Below are positions 46,478 to 57,020 of a DNA stretch of 64,000 nt, one piece after another. Made by a program: the position numbers and the translations under genes. The notes beneath the pieces were generated by a model. That model saw only the letters and a list, made by a program, of their open reading frames with translations. It did no database searches and was not told where the DNA came from. The DNA is taken from assembly GCA_963812135.1 (NCBI GenBank), contig CAWETU010000005.1, positions 192,001 to 256,000 of the forward strand. The letters run 5' to 3'. This DNA is from Vulcanimicrobiota bacterium (GTDB lineage Bacteria; Vulcanimicrobiota; Vulcanimicrobiia; Eremiobacterales; Eremiobacteraceae). Within the stretch, counting starts at the first letter, position 1. Each line of letters opens with the position of its first letter.

Positions 46478-46507
46478 AGTATATCACACGTTTTGACGGG
46501 CTGACAA
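46478..46507 (-). promoter_or_regulatory. rpsF operon promoter
   Basis: TTGTCA-18 nt-TATACT with extended TG, overlapping the alr 3' end. Confidence 0.75.
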
Positions 46508-47560
46508 GCCGGAAAGCGACGTAATCAACTGATGCGGGATGGTTCCCGCTCGCTGTGCGACTTCGTCGAGCCGCACACCGTCCTCGTCGCCGACCACGGT
46601 CGCCTCGTCGCCCGGACGCACCGTGACGCCGTACGGCACGCGGATCATCGTGAAATTCATGCCGATCGCGCCGACGATGGCGCAGCGCTCGCCGTGCAAA
46701 CGGATCTGGCCGCCGCCGGCGAGCGCGCGCGGCACGCCGTCCGCGTAACCCAACCGCAACGTGACGATGACCTCGCCCGGCTTGGCGATACCGGCGCCGC
46801 CGTAGCCGAGCGTCGTCGCGTTCTCGAACTGTTTCGCGTAGAGCACGGTGGCGCGCAGCGAGATCGCGGTGCGCAGCGGCAAGCCCCGGATCTGCCCGCC
46901 CGGCGATGCGCCGTACAGACCGACGCCGATGCGCGCCGCCGAACCGCCGACACCCCATAACGTCGGTGCGGTCGCCGCGACATGGTCGATCGGCACGGGC
47001 AGGCCCGTTTGGCGCATCGCGTCGACGGCCATATAGAATTGATCGAGCTGCGCCAGCATCTGCTCGCGGCTGGCGATGTGCGTCCACGCGCCCTCCCAAC
47101 GCACTCCGGGGAGCGTGCGCACGGCGCCTGCGAACGACGACGCTCGGTCGGACTGGATGCCGCTCCAGCCCGTGCCCGTCTCGACCGCCACGTGCGCAAC
47201 CGCGATCTTTCCGATTCTGAGCGCATGGGCCGAGAGCGCCTTGGCGTGCGCGACGTCTTCAATGGTGACCGCGACATTCTGCCTGATCGCGATTTCGAGC
47301 TCTTCCATCGGCGTGGTCCACACGTGGATGATCGGCGCCGTGATGCCAAGCTCGCGCAGTTGGAGGGCTTCAGCGATATCGACGACGCACAGACGCTGCG
47401 CGCCGGCGTCGATGCACGTGCGCGCGACGCGCTCCAAACCCAATCCGTACGCGTTGGACTTGACGACCGCCCACAACTCGCGACCCGCGAGATACCCGAG
47501 CCACGAGCGCACGTTGTGGTCGAGCACCTTGAGGTCGAGCTCGAACCTCGGCTCCTTCAC
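46484..47560 (-). CDS. alr: Alanine racemase (divergent)
   Basis: AVVKSNAYG PLP lysine, LGYG, GYADG. Confidence 0.8.
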   Translation of the reverse strand: MKEPRFELDLKVLDHNVRSWLGYLAGRELWAVVKSNAYGLGLERVARTCIDAGAQRLCVVDIAEALQLRELGITAPIIHVWTTPMEELEIAIRQNVAVTIEDVAHAKALSAHALRIGKIAVAHVAVETGTGWSGIQSDRASSFAGAVRTLPGVRWEGAWTHIASREQMLAQLDQFYMAVDAMRQTGLPVPIDHVAATAPTLWGVGGSAARIGVGLYGASPGGQIRGLPLRTAISLRATVLYAKQFENATTLGYGGAGIAKPGEVIVTLRLGYADGVPRALAGGGQIRLHGERCAIVGAIGMNFTMIRVPYGVTVRPGDEATVVGDEDGVRLDEVAQRAGTIPHQLITSLSGLSARQNV

Positions 47561-47668
47561 GGCAAGTGCCCGTCCCCGACGGAAAGAATCAAACTCCTGG
47601 CACCCCCTGGATCCGCATTGACGGCGGTCAGCGTCAGGACCTTGAGCCCAAAGTCCCGACGAAAATGT

Positions 47669-48118
47669 TCAAAACAGCTTTCTCGAGTCGAGCAGAATCG
47701 TCACCGGACCTTCGTTGACCAAGCTCACGCGCATCTGCGCGCCGAACACGCCGGTCTGCACGTCAAGCCCTTCGCGGCGCAGCAACGCGACGACGCGGTC
47801 AAAGAGCGGCTTGGCGGCCTCGCCCGGCGCGGCATCTATAAAGGAAGGGCGACGCCCCTTGCGCGCGTCGCCGTGCAGCGTGAACTGCGAGACCGCGAGC
47901 ACCGCGCCACCGACGTCGGCGAGCGATAGGTTCATATCGCCGGCCTCATCGTTGAAGATGCGCAGTCCGGCGATCTTCGCGGACAGCGCGCTTGCATCTT
48001 CGTCGGTGTCGTCGCGGCCAACCCCGACGAGTGCCAAGAAGCCTCGCCCGATCTCGCCTATGACCGCGCCGTCGACCTCGACGGATGCAGAACTGACGCG
48101 CTGTACGACCGCTCGCAC
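47669..48118 (-). CDS. dtd: D-aminoacyl-tRNA deacylase
   Basis: [24 protein letters not shown]. Confidence 0.97.
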   Translation of the reverse strand: MRAVVQRVSSASVEVDGAVIGEIGRGFLALVGVGRDDTDEDASALSAKIAGLRIFNDEAGDMNLSLADVGGAVLAVSQFTLHGDARKGRRPSFIDAAPGEAAKPLFDRVVALLRREGLDVQTGVFGAQMRVSLVNEGPVTILLDSRKLF

Positions 48119-48130
48119 GGCTGCGAGCGC

Positions 48131-50305
48131 CTACCGGTCCCCGACGCGCGCTTCGCGCTTGGTGACGCGGTACGCGTTGCGCACGTCGCGCACGCGCCCA
48201 AGCTTTTGGAGCAGCTGGCTCAAATGGTTCAGATCGCGGATCTCGAGGCTGCACGAGATGCTCGCGCTGCCGTCGCGCTTGGTGCGCGCGGTGACCGACG
48301 TGGCGTTGGTCTTGTGCTCGGAGAGCACGCTCATGACGTCTTGGAGCAGGCCGGCGCGATCGGCGGCTTCGATCTCGACGTCGACGATGTGCGCGTCGGT
48401 GGGCGACACGTCCCACGCGACGTCGATCAAACGATCCGGCTGCGTGCCGAGCGAGCCCGCGTTCGGACACTCGACGCGATGCACCGAGACGCCCTTGCCT
48501 TGCGTGATAAAGCCTAAGATCGCGTCGCCGGGGACCGGCCGGCAGCATTTGGCGAAGCGGACCATGACGCCGCTCATGCCGCGCACCTTGACGCCCGAAG
48601 GCTGACGGCGCGCCGGCTTGCGCACGCCGATGGCTTGGCGCTCGAGCGGCAGCGGCACGACGTTGCGTTTCTTGGCCTCTTCGCGCGCGCGCGTGACGAT
48701 CGACCCGAGCGATGCGTCGCCGAAGCCGACCGCCGCGAACATATCGTCGACGCTCGTATAATTGAGCTTGGTGGCGCAGCTTTCGAGGAACGCCGCGGTG
48801 CCGACCGCCTGCAGCTGCTGGCGCGCGAACTCGCGCTCCAGGATCTCGCGGCCGGCCGTGATGTTCTCATCGCGCCGGTTCTTGCGGAACCACTGCTTGA
48901 TCTTATGCTTGGCGGATGAGGTGCGGCAGATCGTCAGCCAATCCAGCGACGGCCCAGGACTGCCTTTGTTGACGAGCGCTTCGCAGATGTCGCCGGTCTG
49001 CAACTCGTAGGTGAGCGGCACGATCTTGCCGTTGACCTTCGCGCCGACGCAGCGATGGCCGACGCCGGTGTGCACGTGATAGGCGAAGTCGATCGGCGTC
49101 GCACCCGCCGGCAGGCCCATGACGTCGCCTTTGGGCGTGAACACAAACACCTGATTGGCGAACAGATCGACTTTGAGCCGCTCGATGAACTCGCGGCTGT
49201 CGTGCGTCTCTTCTTGCCACTCGAGCAGCGAGCGCAGCCAAGCGAGCTTCTCGTCGAAGTCGTCGCCGCGGCCGCCTTCTTTATAGCGCCAGTGCGCGGC
49301 GATGCCATATTCGCTCGTGCGGTGCATCTCCCACGTGCGGATCTGGATCTCGATCGGATCGCCGCCAGGTCCGATGACCGTCGTGTGGATCGACTGATAG
49401 CCGTTGGTCTTGGGCATCGCGATGTAGTCTTTGAAGCGGCCCGGCAGCGGCGTCCAGATGCTGTGCACGATGCCGACGGCGCCGTAGCAATCCTTGACGG
49501 AGTCGACGATCACGCGGATCGCCGTGAGATCGAAGATCTCGGAGAAGTCGCGACCGCTGCCCAGCTTCTGATAGATCGAATAGAAATGTTTGGGCCGGCC
49601 CGAGATGTCCGCCGTGATGCCGGCGGCGGCGAAGCGCGTTTGCACGTCGGCGATCACGTCGCTGACTGAGCGCTCGCGATCGCCGCGACGCTTGGCAACG
49701 CGCTCGGCGATCTCTCTATAGGCTGTCGGATCGAGGTACTCGAGGCTCAAGTCCTCGAGATCCCATTTGATCTTGTAGATGCCGAGGCGATGCGCGAGCG
49801 GGGCGTAGATCTCCAGCGTCTCCTCGGCGATCATGCGGCGCTTGGCCGCGGGTAGGCTGTCGAGCGTGCGCAGGTTGTGGAGGCGATCGGCGAGCTTGAT
49901 GATGATGACGCGGATGTCTTTGGCCATCGCCAAGAACATCTTACGCAGGTTCTCGACCTTGACGTCTTCTTTGGTCTGATACGGGATTTTGGTGAGTTTG
50001 GTCAGCGCGTCGACGAGCGTGGCGATCTCGCCCCCGAAGCGCTTCTCGATGTCTTCGAGCGGCACGGTCGTGTCCTCGACGACGTCGTGCAACAGGCTGG
50101 CGGCGATGCAGGCCGGGTCCATCTCCAAGTCCGCCAAGATCGAAGCAACGGCCAGGGGGTGAGAGATGAAACTGTCGCCGCTGGCCCGGGTCTGGCCACC
50201 GTGGGCCTGGTCGGCAAAGTCATAGACGCCCTGGAGCCAGCCCTCGTCCAGGCTCGGGTAGTACCTCTTGACGTGCTTCGTAAGCTCAGAAATTGTTGTC
50301 GCCAT
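48131..50305 (-). CDS. relA: Bifunctional (p)ppGpp synthetase/hydrolase
   Basis: HDVVED HD domain, RFKDYIAMPK, EIQIRT, TGS and ACT domains. Confidence 0.96.
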   Translation of the reverse strand: MATTISELTKHVKRYYPSLDEGWLQGVYDFADQAHGGQTRASGDSFISHPLAVASILADLEMDPACIAASLLHDVVEDTTVPLEDIEKRFGGEIATLVDALTKLTKIPYQTKEDVKVENLRKMFLAMAKDIRVIIIKLADRLHNLRTLDSLPAAKRRMIAEETLEIYAPLAHRLGIYKIKWDLEDLSLEYLDPTAYREIAERVAKRRGDRERSVSDVIADVQTRFAAAGITADISGRPKHFYSIYQKLGSGRDFSEIFDLTAIRVIVDSVKDCYGAVGIVHSIWTPLPGRFKDYIAMPKTNGYQSIHTTVIGPGGDPIEIQIRTWEMHRTSEYGIAAHWRYKEGGRGDDFDEKLAWLRSLLEWQEETHDSREFIERLKVDLFANQVFVFTPKGDVMGLPAGATPIDFAYHVHTGVGHRCVGAKVNGKIVPLTYELQTGDICEALVNKGSPGPSLDWLTICRTSSAKHKIKQWFRKNRRDENITAGREILEREFARQQLQAVGTAAFLESCATKLNYTSVDDMFAAVGFGDASLGSIVTRAREEAKKRNVVPLPLERQAIGVRKPARRQPSGVKVRGMSGVMVRFAKCCRPVPGDAILGFITQGKGVSVHRVECPNAGSLGTQPDRLIDVAWDVSPTDAHIVDVEIEAADRAGLLQDVMSVLSEHKTNATSVTARTKRDGSASISCSLEIRDLNHLSQLLQKLGRVRDVRNAYRVTKREARVGDR

Positions 50306-50380
50306 GTGGATATTGCTATTCTACAGGGACAACGCGGGACGCGCAACCGGTCTGGAGCCCCAGGGCTCCGGCCAGAACTC

Positions 50381-50740
50381 TCACGCCGGCTGGTAGTCTT
50401 CAAACTCCCAGTAGCCTAGGCGCCCCAGCTTCTCACCGATTTCGTGCCAGCTCGACCCCTCGGTGTTGGCGCAATACTCCTCGATAAAGCGGACGATTCG
50501 CTTGAGGTCGAACTCGAAAACGATTAGATGGTGTCGGCCGACTACGACATCATTTGGGCCGTGTTGGCTTTTCAACCAGTCAGGCGTGCACACGGTGACT
50601 TGAAATGTCTCTTCGCCTTCTTCTGAATCCGGTCCGATGAAGAGCTCCATCGTAAAACGGAAATTCCTCGGGTCCGCCGGGCGATAAGCGTTCAGATCTT
50701 GGACGTCAGTCGCATTGTATGACTTGAGCTTAGCTCGCAC
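50381..50740 (-). CDS. Immunity protein, Imm8 family-like
   Basis: IGP...GEETFQVTVCTPDWL...W.EI...L.R...WEFEDY. Confidence 0.75.
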   Translation of the reverse strand: MRAKLKSYNATDVQDLNAYRPADPRNFRFTMELFIGPDSEEGEETFQVTVCTPDWLKSQHGPNDVVVGRHHLIVFEFDLKRIVRFIEEYCANTEGSSWHEIGEKLGRLGYWEFEDYQPA

Positions 50741-50746
50741 CGTGAG

Positions 50747-51334
50747 TCAGCTCCGCCACTTATTGTTGGTCAGCGACGTCATGACATGATCTTCCCAGAC
50801 GTCATTGATGCGCAGATAATCCTTCGCCGTTCCCTCGATCACGAAACCGAGTCGCTCCAGCAGCGCGCCGCTTCGACGATTGCGCGGCATATAGTTGGCC
50901 ATGATGCGATGCAGATTGAGATCGTCGAACGCGAAACGCAGCAGCGCTTGCAGCGCCTCGGACATCAGACCTTTGCCCTCATGGGTGCGCGCGATCGAGT
51001 AGCCGAGATAGCACGCATGGAAGGGGCCGCGAATGATGTTGGTCAGGTTCGCGGAGCCGACGACCGTGCGATCGTCCAACTCATACAGAAACGTCCGGCA
51101 TGCGCGGCCGGCATCGAACTCGATGTGCGTCTGCTCGATCCATTCGCGCCAGAACGACGGATCGAGCATCGCCGGGGTCGCCCACGAGAACTCTTTGAGA
51201 TGCGCCTCGTCGGCGCGATAGTGCGCCGCGATCGCATCCTCGTCGCCGCGACGCGCGACGCGCACGATCAGTCGCGGCGTGCGAAGGACGCATCGACCCG
51301 CCCCCGGATCAGTATGTGATAAAGGACTTGACAT
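50747..51334 (-). CDS. GNAT acetyltransferase, RimJ-like
   Basis: [36 protein letters not shown]. Confidence 0.9.
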   Translation of the reverse strand: MSSPLSHTDPGAGRCVLRTPRLIVRVARRGDEDAIAAHYRADEAHLKEFSWATPAMLDPSFWREWIEQTHIEFDAGRACRTFLYELDDRTVVGSANLTNIIRGPFHACYLGYSIARTHEGKGLMSEALQALLRFAFDDLNLHRIMANYMPRNRRSGALLERLGFVIEGTAKDYLRINDVWEDHVMTSLTNNKWRS

Positions 51335-51830
51335 CCACGCCCGGCAATTGTGCGCGGCCTTTGAGCGCCGCGAGTTCGACGAGGAACGCGAAGCCGACGA
51401 TTGTGCCGCCGAGTTTGTCCACTAACTGACGCACCGCCGCGGCGGTGCCGCCGGTCGCGAGCAGATCGTCGACCAGCAAGACGCGTTGTCCATTCGCGAT
51501 CGCGTCCTTGTGCATCTCGAGCGTGTTGGTCCCATATTCGAGCGCGTAGTCCACGCTGATCTTCTCAAAGGGAAGCTTGCCGGGCTTGCGCACCGGCACG
51601 AAACCCGTGCCCAGCTTGTAGGCGAGCGGCGCGCCGAGGATGTAGCCGCGCGCCTCGATGCCGACCACGACGTCGATCCTCTTATCTTTATATGCGTCGG
51701 CCATCAGGTCAATGGCGGAGCGCAGGCCAGCCGGATCCTGCAGCACCGGCGTGATGTCGCGGAAGAGGATACCTGGGATCGGGAAGTCGGGGATGGAGCG
51801 GATCTTGTCTTTGAGCTGTAGTGCGTCCAT
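51309..51830 (-). CDS. apt: Adenine phosphoribosyltransferase
   Basis: [36 protein letters not shown]. Confidence 0.97.
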   Translation of the reverse strand: MDALQLKDKIRSIPDFPIPGILFRDITPVLQDPAGLRSAIDLMADAYKDKRIDVVVGIEARGYILGAPLAYKLGTGFVPVRKPGKLPFEKISVDYALEYGTNTLEMHKDAIANGQRVLLVDDLLATGGTAAAVRQLVDKLGGTIVGFAFLVELAALKGRAQLPGVDVKSFITY

Positions 51831-51881
51831 GAAGCCGACCTTCTCCGAGGAAACGGGTCCGCCATTCTCGGACATCGCCCC

Positions 51882-53261
51882 ATGGCAAAGCGGAAGGCGC
51901 GCGGGTCTGCCGGGCGTCGCGTCGACGTGCCCAGCGCCGCACAGCGTTACGAGGCCGGTCGCAAACTGCGCACCAAGGTGCCGCGTTCCAGCCATGCGGA
52001 GTGGGAGCCCTCGAGCCGGCGCGATCCGATTGGGCTGATCATCGACACCGACGCGACCCGCGTGCAAGAGCTCGTGCCGATCCGCTACGGGCGCATGGCC
52101 CTATCGCCGTTCGCCTTCTACCGCGGCGCCGCCGCGGTCATGGCGTACGACCTCAAGGACACGCTGGTCTCGGGCATCAACGCGCAGATCTGCGGCGATG
52201 CGCATCTGAGCAACTTCGGCTTGTTCGGCACGCCCGAGCGGCGCATCATCTTCGACGTCAACGATTTCGATGAGACGCGGCGCGGTCCGTGGGAGTGGGA
52301 TGTCAAGCGGTTGGCGGCAAGCTGCTTCATCGCCGCGCGCAGCAACGGCGCGCGCCGACGGCCGAGCAGAGGTGTGGCGCAGGCAAGCGTCGCCGCCTAT
52401 CGCGATGAGATGCAGACGATGGCGAAGCTCGGTTACCTCGATATCTGGTATACATGGCTCGACCTGCGCCGGGCCCTCGAGATCGTGCCGCGCAGCTACT
52501 TCATGGCGGCCCGCGACCGCAAGCGCCAGGCCATCCATCGGACGTCCAGTCATGGCCTGCCGGGTTTCGTCGTCCACAAGAAAAAAGGGCTCCAGATCCA
52601 AGACGAGCGCCCGCTGATCACGCATCTTGACGATGCCGAGCGGGGGCGCCGGCTCGAACTCGACATCATCCATTACCGCGACACATTAGAGCCGGACCGC
52701 CAAACATTGCTGAACCGCTATCATTTGGTCGATCTGGCCACCAAAGTGGTCGGGGTGGGGAGCGTCGGGACCCGCTGCTACGTCGCGCTCTTCCTCGGCC
52801 GCGACAATCGCGATACGCTTTTGCTCCAGATAAAGGAAGCGCAAGCATCCGTGCTCGAGCGCTACCTCGGCAAGAGCCGTTACGCGAACCACGGCGAGCG
52901 CGTGGTAAACGGCCAGCGCCTCATGCAAGCCGCGAGCGACATCTTCCTAGGTTGGGCGCGCGGTTTGCGCCACGATTACTACGTGCGGCAGTTGCGCGAT
53001 GAGAAATATTCGGCGGCAGTACAAGCGATGGGGATGCGCGATCTTACCGACTATGCTGACCTGTGCGGGCGCGCGCTGGCGCGAGCGCATGCGCGTTCGG
53101 GCGACCCTTGCGAGATCGCGGGGTATCTAGGCCGAGGCGAGACGTTCGATCGAGCACTGGCGGCGTTCGCCGAGACGTACGGCGAGCAGAACGAGCGCGA
53201 TTACGCCGCGCTGCTCGACGCGATCAAGACGAAGCGGATCAAAGCTAAGCTCGATCTGTAA
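51882..53261 (+). CDS. DUF2252 family protein
   Basis: [35 protein letters not shown]. Confidence 0.9.
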   Translation: MAKRKARGSAGRRVDVPSAAQRYEAGRKLRTKVPRSSHAEWEPSSRRDPIGLIIDTDATRVQELVPIRYGRMALSPFAFYRGAAAVMAYDLKDTLVSGINAQICGDAHLSNFGLFGTPERRIIFDVNDFDETRRGPWEWDVKRLAASCFIAARSNGARRRPSRGVAQASVAAYRDEMQTMAKLGYLDIWYTWLDLRRALEIVPRSYFMAARDRKRQAIHRTSSHGLPGFVVHKKKGLQIQDERPLITHLDDAERGRRLELDIIHYRDTLEPDRQTLLNRYHLVDLATKVVGVGSVGTRCYVALFLGRDNRDTLLLQIKEAQASVLERYLGKSRYANHGERVVNGQRLMQAASDIFLGWARGLRHDYYVRQLRDEKYSAAVQAMGMRDLTDYADLCGRALARAHARSGDPCEIAGYLGRGETFDRALAAFAETYGEQNERDYAALLDAIKTKRIKAKLDL

Positions 53262-53699
53262 CTATTTCGCGGGCTTTCGCGCCACGATTTCGAGCAGCGT
53301 GCCGGCCGGATCTTCGAAGAAAACCGCCGGGTAGCCGTCCATATCAGCCGACAGCTCGACGTTGACGCCGCCAAGTTCCGGCAGACGCACATTCCAGCGC
53401 TCGACTTCCGCACGAGAACTCACACGGAAGGCGATGCGCGTGCGAGTGGGCGTCATGCGCGGATCTTCGATGAAGCCGATGAAATAGGACGGCCGGTCCG
53501 GTCCTGGTTCTTCGAAATACTCAGCGACGTTATGAGCCTGGCCTGGCTTGAGCTCGTGCCAATCGCCGGCATCGTCGACGAACGACAGCTTCTTCCGCGG
53601 CATGCCCAACTCGGCCATCAGGCGATCGTAGAACGGCTCGACGATAACGAGCGAGCGCACGCGCGTGTCGATGTGGTCGAAACCCTGGAAACGCCTCAC
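53262..53699 (-). CDS. VOC/glyoxalase family protein
   Basis: FDHIDTRV...FY, AVFFEDPAGTLLEI. Confidence 0.82.
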   Translation of the reverse strand: MRRFQGFDHIDTRVRSLVIVEPFYDRLMAELGMPRKKLSFVDDAGDWHELKPGQAHNVAEYFEEPGPDRPSYFIGFIEDPRMTPTRTRIAFRVSSRAEVERWNVRLPELGGVNVELSADMDGYPAVFFEDPAGTLLEIVARKPAK

Positions 53700-53795
53700 A
53701 AATCGACCTTCGCGCGCGTTGCCGCGGCCCCCTAGACGCCCCTTTGACGGCGCGTGATATGAGCCGCACCTTCACCTCTTGGGGGATCGCCTTTC

Positions 53796-55076
53796 ATGAA
53801 TGTCAATCTAACGTCGGCTGCGTCGCCTGCCCCGCCCAATCGCGTCGTGTTCGGGGTCTATCGTGACGGAGACAATAATCTTGACGCGGTTCAGGAGCGC
53901 AATGTCACGGACTTCGTGCGCGAGACGCGAACCAATTCCGCATTGAAGGTCGTCGCGGAAGACACGACCGGTGTGCCGCACGCGCCCTTCCGCACGGGCG
54001 ATCTCCGGACGGAGTGGTCGACCATCGAAGGCGGAAAGCAGCATGTCGTGCGGATCGAATCCGCTCGGGACATGAGCTCCCGCGCGACACTGGCCGCGTT
54101 CGTGAACAGAACGTTAGAAGCGCGCGCCGCCGACCCGAACTTCAAGGGCGCAGACGTATGGCTGGATCTCGTGGATCATGGTGCGGGTGATGGCGGTGGC
54201 CTCGAGAGCGACAGCAACGGCGGCGGTTGCATGCCGATGGAAGATATCGCCGGGGCCATTTCCGACGGCAGGGCACAGTTTCTCAAGAAGCATCCTGGCG
54301 CCGACGCGTCGGTGACCGGTGTCTTGGCCAATCAATGCTTGATGGCGACGTTGGGATTCGCGGACGCGCTCTCTCGGAGCGGCGTTCGGTTCCTCGCCGC
54401 TTCCCCGGAAACAATGATCGCTCCCGGCGCCCCTTCCGCCAAGATCGCGGATGCGCTCACGCACGGCGATGGGTGGGCGTCGTCGGTCGTCGACGCAACC
54501 ATGCATGCGCGCTATGGGGATGGCGATTCAACGTATCATCCGGCAGCCGCATTTGACGTCCTCGACCTGGACCCGAAGAAAATAGGTGCGATGCGTAGCG
54601 CGGTCACTGCGTTCAACGACTCCGTCGTGTCACTGCGCCAGGTTGACGGCGGCGCCCAACTGCTCCACGACGTCCGATCAGATATTCGATCCGTGCCCGG
54701 CATGGCTCGCTTCGACCACACCGCAGACATGGTGTATCACGCCGATCGACCGGTCGAGGCGCTGTATGCGAAGATCAGCACCGACGAACGGCTTCCGGGC
54801 AGCGTTCGCGATGCGGCGGCCAAAGCAAGATACGCGGTGGGTGCGATCGTCCTGGCGCACGACGAATACGATTGGTTTGCGCCGATGCATGCGAGCTATG
54901 CGGATGCAGCCGGCCCGACCGCTCACATCCCGTTATCGTCAGATCAATACGACCCGTGGTCCTCGAACGGAGTGAGCGAGACGCACAACGCGTTCTTCAA
55001 GGCGGTGCATGGTCGGGAGTTCGCGCAATCGATCGGCGCGTACGATCCAAGCCAGCGCGCAGCGCTCGTCGCGTGA
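53796..55076 (+). CDS. Clostripain (peptidase C11)-like protein
   Basis: DGDNNL, DHGAG His, NQCLM Cys, AASPE. Confidence 0.65.
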   Translation: MNVNLTSAASPAPPNRVVFGVYRDGDNNLDAVQERNVTDFVRETRTNSALKVVAEDTTGVPHAPFRTGDLRTEWSTIEGGKQHVVRIESARDMSSRATLAAFVNRTLEARAADPNFKGADVWLDLVDHGAGDGGGLESDSNGGGCMPMEDIAGAISDGRAQFLKKHPGADASVTGVLANQCLMATLGFADALSRSGVRFLAASPETMIAPGAPSAKIADALTHGDGWASSVVDATMHARYGDGDSTYHPAAAFDVLDLDPKKIGAMRSAVTAFNDSVVSLRQVDGGAQLLHDVRSDIRSVPGMARFDHTADMVYHADRPVEALYAKISTDERLPGSVRDAAAKARYAVGAIVLAHDEYDWFAPMHASYADAAGPTAHIPLSSDQYDPWSSNGVSETHNAFFKAVHGREFAQSIGAYDPSQRAALVA

Positions 55077-55091
55077 CAATTGTGCCGCGCT

Positions 55092-55577
55092 TCAGAAGAT
55101 GCCGAACAACCGAACCTGATCGGCGACAACCGCGCCGCAGCAGCGTTTATAGAATTCCGCTGGACCGATCCGGGGTATGAGCGCCCATTCGAACCCGAGG
55201 TCTTTGATGGACGCGAGCGCACGCTGAGTAAGGATACAGCCGAGGCCATGCCCGCGCGACGCGGTCGCGACGCCCATGGGACCAAAAATGCCGACGTCCG
55301 CGCGTCGCCGCCAATTGCGTAACCACCACCAGCGATAGTGCCGCTGTTCGTAACTCGCGAAGCCGACAATTGCACCGGACGCATCTCGCGCGACCCAGTT
55401 CCACGCATGCCCCGCCTCCCTGGACCATGTCGCGTTGAACGCACCCATGATCCACCGCTGAACTTCTGGCGTGACGCCCTGTTCGTTGGTCAACGTGATG
55501 CCGAGCCGCTCGAGCGCCTCCTCTTGAGCGGCGCCGAAGGACACGGTGCTGAGTTCGACAATCATGTTGGTGACCAT
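55092..55577 (-). CDS. GNAT family acetyltransferase
   Basis: FGPMGV...RGHGLG, FYKRCCG; start at 55577 or 55565. Confidence 0.8.
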   Translation of the reverse strand: MVTNMIVELSTVSFGAAQEEALERLGITLTNEQGVTPEVQRWIMGAFNATWSREAGHAWNWVARDASGAIVGFASYEQRHYRWWWLRNWRRRADVGIFGPMGVATASRGHGLGCILTQRALASIKDLGFEWALIPRIGPAEFYKRCCGAVVADQVRLFGIF

Positions 55578-56124
55578 CGCCGTGACATTATATACCATTG
55601 GGCACGGAACCCGTTCGATCGAAGAGTTCGTCGCCACGATACGCGGCGCGAGCGTCGCGCGCGTCGTCGACGTCCGCGCGTTCCCAAGATCGCGCACCAA
55701 CCCGCAGTTCAATGAGGACGCGCTCGCGCAATCGCTGGCTGCGGCCGGCATTGAATACGTGCATCGGCCCACGCTGGGCGGGCGGCGGCGCGGCCTTGGG
55801 CCTGCCAGCCCGAACGTCGGTTGGCAACAACCAGCCTTTCGTGCGTATGCGGATCACATGCTATCGGACAATTTTTGGTCCGCTCTTGACGAAGTGCTCA
55901 GCCAGGCCCACGACCGGCCTACGGCTATCATGTGCAGCGAGACCCTATGGTGGCGCTGCCATCGGCGATTGATCGCCGACGCCGCGACCGCTCGCGGCGC
56001 GACGGTTAGGCATCTCATGAAGCCGGGAACGGCTTCGGCGCACTCTTTGTCGCCACCGGCGCGCGTCGTCGGCCAGCGCGTCGTCTACACTTCGGAAGAC
56101 GATCAGCGATCGGGTTCGAGATGA
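55570..56124 (+). CDS. DUF488 family protein
   Basis: YTIGHGTR, DVRAFPRSR.NPQF, LGGRR, MCSE..WWRCHRRLIAD; start at 55570 or 55582. Confidence 0.9.
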   Translation: MTIAVTLYTIGHGTRSIEEFVATIRGASVARVVDVRAFPRSRTNPQFNEDALAQSLAAAGIEYVHRPTLGGRRRGLGPASPNVGWQQPAFRAYADHMLSDNFWSALDEVLSQAHDRPTAIMCSETLWWRCHRRLIADAATARGATVRHLMKPGTASAHSLSPPARVVGQRVVYTSEDDQRSGSR

Positions 56125-57020
56125 ATGAGCACGTGGGCTCGCGGCATTTCGCGTTTGATGTCGAGCACGATCGTGTCTGAAAGATCGTGGGCCTCTTTGA
56201 GCGGCGTGCCGCCAGGCATCTGCAGATGGAAGTCGATGAACTCGCCACCGCCTGAACGGCGCGTGCGAAGCTTGTGGTAGCTGACGAAAATGTCTTTGTG
56301 CCGTTCGATGATCTCTCGGATGCGCTCTTCGTCCTCGGGGGGAAGCCGCTGGTCGGTGAGCTCGACGAAGGCGCGTGCCGTGAGGTCGTACGCGGAGTGC
56401 GCGATCACACCGGCAACCACGAGCGAAAAGATCGGATCGAGGATCGTGAGGCCCGTGAGTTTGATGGCGAGCAATATTACGGCCACTCCACCTGCGGTCC
56501 AGACGTCGACCCGCAACTCAGCGGCCTGGGCGGCAAGCGCGGGGGACCGTTCGCTCTCTGCAACCCGTGAAAGCCGGTTCGACACGAACAAGTTGAGGAT
56601 TCCCGAGGCTAACATGACGGCGATGCCAAGGTCGAGGTGCGCCACGGAAGCGCCACTGCGCAGCCGCGCGAGCGCCTCGACGACGATGAGCGCAGCGATG
56701 CCGAGGATGAACAACGCTTGCAGCGCCGCCGAGATATTCTCGTATTTGCCGTGCCCGTACGCATGATCGTGATCGGCGGGTCGCGCGGCAGCGCGCACGG
56801 AGAAGAACTGGACCGTCGTCATGAACAGATCGGCCGCGGAGTGCACGGCCTCCGAAAGGACGCTTACCGAGCCGGACACGCCCCAGACCGCGAGCTTCGC
56901 GACGAGCAGCAACGCGTTCGTCGCGAAGGGCAGGCGTAGCGCGCGCAGACGCGCGTCGCCCGCCTGCGCGATGATCTCAGCTCTGCTGGTCTGATTCGGC
57001 TTCGCCTGCGGCGTCGCCAT
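56103..57020 (-). CDS. Cation diffusion facilitator transporter
   Basis: SEAVHSAAD, HAYGHGKYE, HKLRTR, HLEP. Confidence 0.93.
   Translation of the reverse strand: MATPQAKPNQTSRAEIIAQAGDARLRALRLPFATNALLLVAKLAVWGVSGSVSVLSEAVHSAADLFMTTVQFFSVRAAARPADHDHAYGHGKYENISAALQALFILGIAALIVVEALARLRSGASVAHLDLGIAVMLASGILNLFVSNRLSRVAESERSPALAAQAAELRVDVWTAGGVAVILLAIKLTGLTILDPIFSLVVAGVIAHSAYDLTARAFVELTDQRLPPEDEERIREIIERHKDIFVSYHKLRTRRSGGGEFIDFHLQMPGGTPLKEAHDLSDTIVLDIKREMPRAHVLIHLEPDR

Noticed and set aside
50352..50371. Hairpin CTGGAGCCC-ca-GGGCTCCGG as an intrinsic terminator
   Set aside because: No U tract on either strand
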